Assembly: GCA_963704075.1 (NCBI GenBank)
Contig: CAVPGV010000009.1
Coordinates: 244,286-308,285, forward strand
Length of the DNA: 64,000 bases
Source: an uncultured Actinomycetota bacterium
GTDB taxonomy: Bacteria > Actinomycetota > Actinomycetes > S36-B12 > UBA10799
Direction: 5' to 3'
Positions 44,090-52,624 of this stretch are shown one piece after another. The number at the start of each line of letters is the position of its first letter. Position 1 is the stretch's first letter. The translations under genes and the position numbers were made by a program. The notes beneath the pieces are model-generated. The model ran no database searches, was not told the origin of the DNA, and saw only the letters and a program-made list of their open reading frames with translations.

Positions 44090-44982
44090 TCAGCCGGGAT
44101 CGCGGACGTCGATGTGCACGGTGCGTCCCACCGCGGGCACGCTGCGGGTGTCGGTCACGTACGACACGGGCTGCCCGGCCACGGTGCCCGACACCAGGAA
44201 TCGTCCGTCGTCGAAGGTCCGGCCGGTGACGCGCAGTTCCCACCTGCCCCCTCGCCTCTGCTGCAAACGCTCCGGCGGATATGCGACGTCGTCGAGGACC
44301 GAGAGGCCGACCAGCCGGGCCACGTAGTCGTCGACGGGCGCGTTCCACAACTCGTCGGCTGTGCCGACCTGGACCAGTTTTCCCTGCTTCAACACGGCCA
44401 CCCGGTCGGCCATCGTGAACGCCTCATGCCGGTCGTGCGTCACCGCCAGGACGGTCATCTCGCGATCGCGCAGAAGCCGTTGGACGTCCAGTACGAGTTC
44501 CGCCTTCAGCACCGCGTCCAGCGCGCCGAACGGCTCGTCGAGCAGCACCACCGCCGGCGCTGGGGCCATCGCCCGGGCCAGGGCGACACGTTGTGCCTGG
44601 CCACCACTGAGCGTGTCCACCGCCCTGTCCTGGAAGCCGGCCAGGCCGACCAGATCCAGCGTCTCGTCGACCCGACGGGCATCGGCGGGCCGTCACTCCG
44701 AAGCCCGACGTTCTCCGCGACGTTGAGGTGCGGGAAGAGCAGGTCGTCCTGGAACATCATTCCGATCGCCCGGCGGTGTGTGGGGACACCCTCCAAGGGG
44801 CGGCCCGCCACCTCGATGCGACCGGTGTAGTCGACCAGCCCCGCCACCGCCCGCAGGAGCGTGGACTTGCCACCGCCACTGGGCCCCAGGATGCACACGA
44901 TCTCGCCCTGCCCCACCTCCAGGTCGACGCAGTACAGGACCGGCTGGTCGTAGGACACCGAAACGTTCTGAAGGTGCAGCAT
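44090..44982 (-). pseudogene. ABC transporter ATP-binding protein (ThiQ/FbpC-like), one frame break as assembled
   Basis: The N-terminal part has Walker A (GPSGGGKST) in the frame of ORF 44506..46068. The C-terminal part has the signature LSGGQAQRV and Walker B (VVLLDEP) in ORF 44090..44620. The junction is at about 44688-44700. The span is 893 nt, which is 3n+2. Confidence 0.8.
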
Positions 44983-46571
44983 CAGAAACCTACCGCCCGG
45001 TTGAGGCGCACCCGGTCGATCGCCACCACGACCGCGACGGTTACCAGCATCAGCAGGGCGCCCGCCGCGTACGCCGCGGCGACCGTCACCGCACCCGGCC
45101 GGGCCAGCAGGCGGGAGATGGCCACCGGCAGGGTCGGGTCTGCCGGACTGGCGAGGAAGATGGTCGCCCCGAACTCCCCGATGGTCACCGCGAACGCGAA
45201 CCCGGTCGCCACCAGCACCGCCGGCAGGACCAGTGGTACGGCCACCGATCGCAGGGCGTTGACCGGCGACCGCCCCAGGACCGTCGCCACGTGAAGGTAC
45301 CTCAGGTCGAAACCCTGCAGTGCCGGCGTCAACACCCGCACGACGAACGGCATGGCCACCAGCGACTGCGCGAGGATGATCAGCAGGCCGGTGTTGCGCA
45401 GGTCGATCGGGGGCCGACCGAATGCGAGCAGCATGCCGAGGCCGACGGTGACTGCGGAGGTGCCCAAGGGAAGCAGAAGCATCGCGTCGACCGAACGCAG
45501 CCACCTGCCGCGGCCGCTGAACGCCAGGCCGAACGCCGCCATCCCGCCTATCGTCACCGCGATCAGGGTGGCTGCGGCCGCGGTGCGCAGGGAAGCGACT
45601 ACGGCCGACCACGGATCGACCGAGTTGGTGCTCGTCCCCTGCGCGAACAAGGTCTGCCACCCCAGCGTGGTCCACTGCCCGTCGATCGTCAGGGATCGGA
45701 CCAGCACGATCAGCAGCGGTGCCAACACCGCCACGCAGGTGAGGGACACGACGACCACCACCGCGATGCGCTGCCGCCACCCGCGCGGGGGTCGCGCGAC
45801 ATCCACGACCGGTCCGGTGACCACGGACGCGGTGTTGCCGACCACCGCGAGCATGGCGACGACCGCGAGTAACTGCAGCAGTGACAGCGCGGCGGCGGCA
45901 GGCAGGTCGAGCAGGTAGGCGGTCTGCCGATAGATCTCCACTTCGAGCGTGCGCAACTGTCCCGCGCCGAGGACCTGCACGACGCCGAACGACGTGAAGC
46001 TGAACAGGAAGACGATCAACGCCGATGAGCGCAGCCCGGGCCGCAGCAGCGGCCAGGTCACCCGCCACCAGGCCTGCCAGCGGGAGGCCCCCAGCACCTG
46101 TGCGGCCTGCTCCAGACGCGGGTCGATCGTCGACAGCGAACTACCCACCACTCTGATCACGACGGCGATGTTGAGGAAGACATGTGCGATGACCAGCCCC
46201 CACAACGAACCCGAGAGGTCCACGGCCAGCACCCCGCCGGGACCGATCATCGCCAGGAAGGCGGCGGCGACCACCACCGTCGGCATCACGAACGGAACCA
46301 GCACCAGCGCCCGCACCAGTGCCCGGCCGGGGAACCTGAAGCGTGCCAGGACGACGGCCGCGGGCATCGCCACGATCATCGTCGCGGCCGTCGACAGGGC
46401 GGCCTGGGCGACGGTGAAACCGAGGATGCGCCAGGTGCGACCCGCGCCCACCACCGCGAGCATGGCCTCTGGACCGTCTTGTGCACCGACCCGGATGACA
46501 GCGGCGACCGGGATCACGAAGAGCAGGACGAGGAACAGCAGGGGGACGGCGAGCACGACCCGCAGGATCAC
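44982..46571 (-). CDS. ABC transporter permease with two fused permease domains (ThiP-like)
   Basis: About 529 codons from GTG at 46571, which forms a GTGA overlap with the binding-protein stop. The track ORF start at 46601 is the alternative. There are 12 or so TM segments, and the size matches duplicated thiamine/Fe(III)-type permeases. Confidence 0.8.
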   Translation of the reverse strand: MILRVVLAVPLLFLVLLFVIPVAAVIRVGAQDGPEAMLAVVGAGRTWRILGFTVAQAALSTAATMIVAMPAAVVLARFRFPGRALVRALVLVPFVMPTVVVAAAFLAMIGPGGVLAVDLSGSLWGLVIAHVFLNIAVVIRVVGSSLSTIDPRLEQAAQVLGASRWQAWWRVTWPLLRPGLRSSALIVFLFSFTSFGVVQVLGAGQLRTLEVEIYRQTAYLLDLPAAAALSLLQLLAVVAMLAVVGNTASVVTGPVVDVARPPRGWRQRIAVVVVVSLTCVAVLAPLLIVLVRSLTIDGQWTTLGWQTLFAQGTSTNSVDPWSAVVASLRTAAAATLIAVTIGGMAAFGLAFSGRGRWLRSVDAMLLLPLGTSAVTVGLGMLLAFGRPPIDLRNTGLLIILAQSLVAMPFVVRVLTPALQGFDLRYLHVATVLGRSPVNALRSVAVPLVLPAVLVATGFAFAVTIGEFGATIFLASPADPTLPVAISRLLARPGAVTVAAAYAAGALLMLVTVAVVVAIDRVRLNRAVGF

Positions 46572-47582
46572 TCCATGATTGCGGACCACTGATCGATCCA
46601 TTCGTCACGGCCGGCCGCGATCTCGTCGGGCTGCATCACCACGGGATCCGCAGGTTGTGGCGCGTACTTCCGGAAGGCCGGCGGAACCTTCGCCCCTTCG
46701 ATCACCGGGTAGACGAACATCTGCCCGCCGATGTCGTCCTGGAAGGCCTTCGACAACATGAAGTCCACGAACGTCTTCGCCCCCGACTCGTTGCGCGCGC
46801 CGGCCAGGACCCCGGCGTATTCCACCTGCCTGGAAGCACTGGGCGTCGACATTGGCGGTGGGCGGCGGGGCCGCGGGATCCTCGGAGAACATCACCTCGG
46901 CAGCCGGACTCGTGGAGTAGGACACGACGATCGGACGGTCACCTTCGCCGGATCCACCGGAGAACTGCCGGTAGTAGGCGTTGTCCCACCCATCGACCAC
47001 TTTGACGCCGTTGGCCTTGAGGTCGCGCCAGTACTGCTGCCAGTCCTGCTGGGTCGCGACGGTGCTGAGCAGAAAGGCGAGCCCGGGGGAGGACGTGGCC
47101 GGGTTCTGCACCACCGCGAGGTCCCGGTACTGGGAATCGATCAGGTCCGCGGGGCTGTCAGGGGCCGGCCTGTTGGCGAAGTAGGCGGTGTCGTAGTTCA
47201 GGCACACCGCACCGGTGTCGATCGGCGTGACACCGGGTGCGTCCTGCGCGAGAGCGGCCGGCGCGCCGGAGGCCTGATAGTCGACGAAGACGCCTGCTTC
47301 CTGGGCCCGGCTCAGGAAGGTGTTGTCGACCCCGAACAGCACATCACCTTGTGGGGCGCCTGCCGACAGGATCGCCGAGTTGACGACCTGGCCGGCGTCA
47401 CCGTTCTGCACGATCTTGACAGTGAGGCCACTGTCCCGGGTGAACTCGTCGAGCACGTCCTGCGACACGGCGAAGGAGTCGTGGGTCACCACCACCACCT
47501 CGGAGACCGGCTCGGATTGGGGCTCCGCCTGGCTCGAACAGGCCGCGAGAGCGATGGTCAGGGATACGATGAGAAGTCGCAC
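46568..47582 (-). pseudogene. ABC transporter substrate-binding lipoprotein (thiamine/TbpA-like), one frame break as assembled
   Basis: GTG at 47582 after GGAGGAAAC. The lipobox is LAACSS. The body is in ORF 46605..47582 up to ...ANVDAQCF, then continues RQVEYAGVLAGARNESGAKTFVDFML... in ORF 46568..46852. The junction is at about 46829-46840. The span is 1015 nt, which is 3n+1. Confidence 0.8.
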
Positions 47583-47685
47583 GTTTCCTCCGCTGGCATT
47601 ACCCAGATCAGGTTGTGTGGGTCGGCCACGCAGACGGTGACCCTCTCAGCCCGGCTGACCCGAGCTCCCCATGTGACCCCAGGCT
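47583..47685 (-). promoter_or_regulatory. TPP (thiamine pyrophosphate) riboswitch in the leader of the ABC importer
   Basis: The minus strand reads ...GGGGAGCUCGGGUCAGCCGGGCUGAGAGGGUCACCGUCUGCGUGGCCGACCCACACAACCUGAUCUGGGUAAUGCCAGCGGAGGAAACGUG. It contains the invariant CUGAGA and the ACCUGAUCUGG-UAAUGCCAGCG THI-box core. The 3' end runs into the SD sequence and the GTG start. Confidence 0.85.
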
Positions 47686-47728
47686 ACCGCCGGATGTCAG
47701 GCTCCGGACACCGGTACCTTGGGAAGCC

Positions 47729-48322
47729 ATGGATGCGGAGTGGTTCGGCTACGCCGGCGCGGCACTGATGACGGCCATGTCGCTGCCACAGATCGCGCGC
47801 ATCGTGCGTGACCGCAGCGCGGCGGGGGTCAGCCTTCTGACGTGGACGATCTTCGCACTGTCCGGCACCAGCTGGCTGGCGTACGGACTGATCCTTCAGG
47901 CACCCGCGATCATCGTCGGCAACGTGACGTTCATCGCCACGACAGTGCCGGTGGTGGTCCTGCTGCTGCGGCGGCAGCACGCGTGGCCGCTGCCCGCGGC
48001 CGTGCTGGTACCACTGGTCGCGGTGGCGGTAGGGGTCGCGGTGCTGAGCCTCCTGCCCGGTGCGGTGGCCTCCAGCCTGGGGGTGGTGTGCGGCATCCTG
48101 ACCACAGTTCCGCAACTGCTCGAATCGATCAGCCGGCGCAGGGCGGGGGCTACTTCCGAGGTGTCGTTGGCCACGCTGTTCCTGCTGCTGGCCGGGCAGT
48201 CCCTGTGGCTGACGTACGGGCTCACCCGCCCGGACCTGCCGATGATCGTGACGAACGTCGTGGCGGTCACGGTGACAACCAGCCTGATCGCCGTGGAGTC
48301 CCGGACTCCTGCGAGAGTGTGA
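47729..48322 (+). CDS. PQ-loop repeat membrane protein with 7-TM (3+1+3) layout
   Basis: ATG at 47729 followed by 197 codons. Two PQ motifs (MSLPQIARIV and TTVPQLLESI) each open a 3-helix bundle, and the bundles are separated by one linker helix. Confidence 0.65.
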   Translation: MDAEWFGYAGAALMTAMSLPQIARIVRDRSAAGVSLLTWTIFALSGTSWLAYGLILQAPAIIVGNVTFIATTVPVVVLLLRRQHAWPLPAAVLVPLVAVAVGVAVLSLLPGAVASSLGVVCGILTTVPQLLESISRRRAGATSEVSLATLFLLLAGQSLWLTYGLTRPDLPMIVTNVVAVTVTTSLIAVESRTPARV

Positions 48323-48347
48323 GGGGCCGTCGCGACGGGTCCTGATC

Positions 48348-48456
48348 CGTTGGACTTGCGTACGGACGTTGGAGATCGGTACAGACGTTGGACAGGCAAC
48401 GCCCGTGCAACTCCAACCCCGGTGCCCAAGTCCAACATCTGTGCGCAACTCCAACG
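48348..48456. promoter_or_regulatory. Mirror-symmetric array of six GTTGGA(C/G) motifs overlapping a putative promoter
   Basis: CGTTGGAC, CGTTGGAG and CGTTGGAC start at 48348, 48367 and 48386 (19-bp period). Their complements CTCCAAC, GTCCAAC and CTCCAAC start at 48411, 48430 and 48449, with the same period. All three pairs are symmetric about position ~48402. TATAGT at 48479-48484 lies 6 nt before ATG 48491. Confidence 0.6.
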
Positions 48457-48490
48457 CCTGGTGAAATACCCCCTGGGGTATAGTGAAGTC

Positions 48491-48982
48491 ATGCCAACCT
48501 GCCCCTTCACGGCCTTTCTCAGTTGGCCCCTGCGGCGGTGGATCGTCGCTGCGGCCGTGGCTGCAGGCACGTTCCTGCTGCTCGGCCTGAGCACCGCGGT
48601 GATCCCCAACCCCGTCTTCAGCCGAAGCATCCCGCCGACGAGCTGGGCGATGAACGTGCTGATCGTGACGTCGGTCCTCACCGGGCTGCTCACCGCCACA
48701 TACGTCGCCGCAACCACCCCGTCCGGACTAGACCGCAAAGGCACGGTCGGTGCCCTGCTGGCATACCTGGCCATCGGCTGCCCCGTGTGCAACAAGTTGG
48801 CACTGATCGTTCTCGGCGCGTCCGGTGCGGTGCAGTTCTTCGCCCCGATGCAGCCCTATCTGGCGGCCGCGGGGATCATCGCGCTGCTGTGGGCCCTTTC
48901 GGTGCGGCTGCGCGGTGAGATGACGTGCGGCTGGTCCCCGCCGGTCGAACAACCCACTGAGGCCGAACGGCTGGGATCGTGA
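48491..48982 (+). CDS. Membrane protein with intramembrane CPVC motif
   Basis: ATG at 48491 (MPTCPFTAFLSWPLRRW...) followed by 163 codons and about 4 TM helices. IGCPVCNKLALIVLG lies in a hydrophobic segment. The stop overlaps the next start (GTGA). Confidence 0.6.
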   Translation: MPTCPFTAFLSWPLRRWIVAAAVAAGTFLLLGLSTAVIPNPVFSRSIPPTSWAMNVLIVTSVLTGLLTATYVAATTPSGLDRKGTVGALLAYLAIGCPVCNKLALIVLGASGAVQFFAPMQPYLAAAGIIALLWALSVRLRGEMTCGWSPPVEQPTEAERLGS

Positions 48983-49998
48983 GTTTCCGCCTGGACTCGT
49001 TCGCGCCCAATTGGGGGGCGTCGGTGATGGGCACCTCCGTGGTCGCAGTCGCGACCGCCGCGATCGGCTGGCCGGTGTGGATCTCCCGGACGCTTCTCAT
49101 CCTCGCGTCCCTGGTGGCCGTCGTGGTCCTGGTGGTCACCGGCGCCCGGTGGGTCCGGCATCGGGAGCTGGCTCTGGCCGACCTGCGCCATCCGATCAAG
49201 GGCGGAATGACGGCCACGGTCGCCGGCGGCCTTCTCGCCTGGGCCGTGGCGATCGGGCGGATCGGAGCCGGTTGGCTGCCCGACGACCTCGTGACCGTCG
49301 CCGTTGCCGTACTGACCGTGTCGGGGGCTGTGGTCGCGCTCATGATCGGCTGGGCGTTCATGACCAACCTGTTCACCAGTCAGAGCACCCCCACCGAGCA
49401 CATCAGCGGCGCCTGGTTCATCCCGCCGGTGGTGACGATCATCATCCCGCTCGCTCTGGTTCCGCTGGCCCTCGAACTGCCCGACATCTCCGCGGACCTG
49501 TTGGCACTCGGATGGGGTTTCCTTGGAATGGGCGCAGTTCTCTACTTCGTGGTGACCGCGGTGCTGTTCCTGCGCACCGTGTCCCATCCGTTGCCTCCGG
49601 ACGCCCTGGCGCCGACGTTGTTCATCGGGATGGGTCCTGCCGGGCTCATGGGCCTGGACATGGTGCGCCTCGCGCAAGCCTCCGGAAACCCTGGACTGGT
49701 CGAGGCGATGACGCCGCTGGCCACCATGATGTGGGGCTTCGGCTTCTGGTGGATGATCGCGTCCCTGCTGGTGATCCGGCGTGGCTACGGACGACTGCCG
49801 TTCTCGCTGTCCTGGTGGGGTTTCGTGTTTCCGTTCGGTGCGTGGACGGTCGCCACGAGCGTGCTCGCGCAGACCTGGGATGCCGGCCTGTTCGACGTGC
49901 TGGCCTGGATCGCCACCGTGGTCCTGGTCGCCCTGTGGCTGATGACCTCCATCAGCACCCTCGCCGGGATCCGGCGCGGGACCATCTGGGCGCACTGA
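48979..49998 (+). CDS. TDT-family (TehA/Mae1/SLAC1-like) anion transporter
   Basis: 339 aa with about 10 TM helices. The N-terminal FAPNWGASVMGTSVVA pattern is typical of tellurite-resistance/dicarboxylate transporter family members. Confidence 0.7.
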   Translation: MSFRLDSFAPNWGASVMGTSVVAVATAAIGWPVWISRTLLILASLVAVVVLVVTGARWVRHRELALADLRHPIKGGMTATVAGGLLAWAVAIGRIGAGWLPDDLVTVAVAVLTVSGAVVALMIGWAFMTNLFTSQSTPTEHISGAWFIPPVVTIIIPLALVPLALELPDISADLLALGWGFLGMGAVLYFVVTAVLFLRTVSHPLPPDALAPTLFIGMGPAGLMGLDMVRLAQASGNPGLVEAMTPLATMMWGFGFWWMIASLLVIRRGYGRLPFSLSWWGFVFPFGAWTVATSVLAQTWDAGLFDVLAWIATVVLVALWLMTSISTLAGIRRGTIWAH

Positions 49999-50032
49999 CC
50001 GGGTCAACTGCGCTGACCCGACCGCTGTCGCC

Positions 50033-52570
50033 TCACTCGGTGGCGATGGCGTCCAGGATGTCCAGACGGGCCGCACGGCGGGCGGGCAGGGCGGCGGCGA
50101 ACACGCCCAGCAGGACCGCCAGCACCAGGATGACCACGACCGTCGCTACCGGGATCACCAGGATCTCGATCCCGTCGCCGGACAACGCTTGCCGCAGACT
50201 GACACCGGCGATCAGCCCGACCACAACGCCGACCACGGCTCCGGTCACCGCCACCAGTACCGCTTCCCAGCGGATCATGCGCCGCACTTGTCGCCGGGAC
50301 AGGCCCACTGCGCGCAGCAGGCCGATTTCACGGGTGCGTTCCAGCACCGACAGGGCCATCGTGTTGACCACCCCGAGGGCGGCGATGAGGATCGACAGCC
50401 CGAGCATCCCGTAAATGAGAAACAGCAGTTGGTTGATCTGGGAGGTGTTCTGCTCCTTGATCGACGCCTGGTCCAGCACCTGCAACAGCGGGTTCTGATC
50501 GGTCACCTGCTCGACCTCCGGGAGAGCGGTTTCCGGATCGGCGTCGGGCTGCAAGGTCACGTACAGGAGCGTGTCCTGGGCGGCTCCACCCACCGATCGG
50601 TAGTCCTCCTTCGGAATGATCAGTCCGCTGAGCAGGCCGGCATCGGTCTGCTCGAACGTGCCTTCCACGGTGAACCCGCGGGTCTGCCCGGAGGGGAACA
50701 AGACGCTGACGCGATCCCCGACGGACACCCCAGCGGACTCCGCCCACTCGACGTCGGCGATGGCTGTGCCCTGGGTCAAGTCATCGATGGTTCCTGAGGA
50801 GACCTGTAGATCGAAGGCCGAGGTCACCGGTCCCCCGCCCATGGCGGTGATGAGTTGGTCCTCCCCGTCCACCCGGGCGGGGCCCTGCGACTGGGAGACC
50901 ACGTATTGCACATCGGGGACGTCCCGCAGCTGGTCGGCGATCTGGGTGCTGAACGGGTTGCCGGTCTGGGTGGCCACGATGTAGTCGGCGCCGAACGCCC
51001 GGTCGATCAGATCGTTGATGGATTCGCGTGCGGACGCGACGACGACGGCGACGGTGGTGACCAGGGCCAGCCCGATCAGTAGCGCCGATGCGGTGGCCGC
51101 CACCCGCCGCGGGCCACGTGCGGCGTTGCGCCCCGCCAGTTGACCGGAGACACCCCCGGCTTGCATGACGGTCGTGGCCATGCGGGCCGCTCCCATGGCC
51201 AACACGGGGGCAAGGAACACCGCGGCGACCAGCAGCCCGAGGGCCGCGAAGGCGACCCGCGCGACGTTGGGCGTGTCGGAGAACGCCCCCACGAGACCCA
51301 CCACGGACACGAGCAGCAGGATCAGGCCCACGATCGTGCGAACCTTCCCGGGCCGTTCGACCGGCGTGGTCGAGTCCCGCAAGGCGGCAATCGGCGGGGT
51401 CCGGGCAGCGCGCAATGCAGGCAGCAGGGCTGAGGCGACTGTCACCACGACAGCCAGCACGAGCGCCCACACCACAGCCTGCGCGGTCAGGACGACCCCC
51501 GATGTCAGCGAGAGACCGATCTGCGTGAGCAATGCGGTGAGTCCCAGCGCCAAGCCGTAGCCCAGGGCGATGCCGATCGCCGCGGCCACCAGGGCCAGGA
51601 CCACGGCCTCCAGGAGCACGGAGGTGAGAACCTGTCGCTGCGACGCGCCCACCGCCCGCAGCAGCGCCATCTCCTTACCGCGCTGGGCGACCAGCATGGC
51701 GAAGGTGTTGTAGATCAGGAACGCGGCGACGAACAGCGAGATCCCGGAGAAGCCGAGCAACACGTAGGTGATGAACCCCAGGCCCTGCCGCAACGCCGAG
51801 GACTGCTCCTCGACCTGTTGATCGCGGGTCTTGACCGTCCAACCCGTGCCGAGTTCGGCGGCGATGGCGTCAGCCACCTCCTGGTCGCTGACGCCGTCGT
51901 CAGCGGCCACTTCGACCGATTGCCATTGGCCGGGCTCGCTGAACAACTCCTGAGCGCGCTCGGGGGTGAAGGCGGTGATCGTGGCCCCGGCCAGCCCCCC
52001 GGTCTCGCCGAATCGGAACACCCCCACCAGGGTGACGGTGAGCGGCCCTGTCGGGGTGACCATCCGGACCTCGTCGCCGACCGGGATCTCGAGTTTGGGG
52101 AACGTAACCTCGTCCACGACGATCTCGTCATCGGCCTGCGGCGCACTGCCCTGCGTGATCGTCACAACCGACAGCGCGGGGTCCGGCTGCCAGTTGACGC
52201 CGAGAGCCGGCGGACCATTGCCACCCACCACGTCGCCCTGCGCGTCCAGCAGGTACGCCCCATTCTGGGTGACCGCGCCGGCGGCAGCCTGCACCCCGGG
52301 CACCCCGGCCACCTCGTCGACGGTGTCCTGCGAGATCAGCAGGGTCGCGTCGTCGCCGGTACTCTGCGTGATGTCCTCGGAGACCGCGGTCGTGCGTGTG
52401 ACCAGCACATCCTGGGAACCACTCTCGAAGATGTCAGTGAAGGTGCGGTCCAGTGCGTTGGTCAGCATCAGCATCCCGGTGATGAAAGCCACACCGAGAA
52501 AGACCGCCGCGGCGGTCAGCAACAGACGCAGTTTGTGCGCACCGAGGCTGCGCAAAGCGATTGTGAACAT
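50033..52570 (-). CDS. ABC-type permease with two FtsX domains (MacB/DevC-like, 845 aa)
   Basis: N-terminal MFTIALRSLGAHKLRLLLTAAAVFLGVAF, two large extracytoplasmic loops and two 4-TM FtsX modules. No ATPase gene is adjacent. Confidence 0.8.
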   Translation of the reverse strand: MFTIALRSLGAHKLRLLLTAAAVFLGVAFITGMLMLTNALDRTFTDIFESGSQDVLVTRTTAVSEDITQSTGDDATLLISQDTVDEVAGVPGVQAAAGAVTQNGAYLLDAQGDVVGGNGPPALGVNWQPDPALSVVTITQGSAPQADDEIVVDEVTFPKLEIPVGDEVRMVTPTGPLTVTLVGVFRFGETGGLAGATITAFTPERAQELFSEPGQWQSVEVAADDGVSDQEVADAIAAELGTGWTVKTRDQQVEEQSSALRQGLGFITYVLLGFSGISLFVAAFLIYNTFAMLVAQRGKEMALLRAVGASQRQVLTSVLLEAVVLALVAAAIGIALGYGLALGLTALLTQIGLSLTSGVVLTAQAVVWALVLAVVVTVASALLPALRAARTPPIAALRDSTTPVERPGKVRTIVGLILLLVSVVGLVGAFSDTPNVARVAFAALGLLVAAVFLAPVLAMGAARMATTVMQAGGVSGQLAGRNAARGPRRVAATASALLIGLALVTTVAVVVASARESINDLIDRAFGADYIVATQTGNPFSTQIADQLRDVPDVQYVVSQSQGPARVDGEDQLITAMGGGPVTSAFDLQVSSGTIDDLTQGTAIADVEWAESAGVSVGDRVSVLFPSGQTRGFTVEGTFEQTDAGLLSGLIIPKEDYRSVGGAAQDTLLYVTLQPDADPETALPEVEQVTDQNPLLQVLDQASIKEQNTSQINQLLFLIYGMLGLSILIAALGVVNTMALSVLERTREIGLLRAVGLSRRQVRRMIRWEAVLVAVTGAVVGVVVGLIAGVSLRQALSGDGIEILVIPVATVVVILVLAVLLGVFAAALPARRAARLDILDAIATE

Positions 52571-52624
52571 TGCTTCGAGAGTAGTCGTCCTGGTCGGGCC
52601 CGCCCGTCGTCAGGGCAATCGGGC

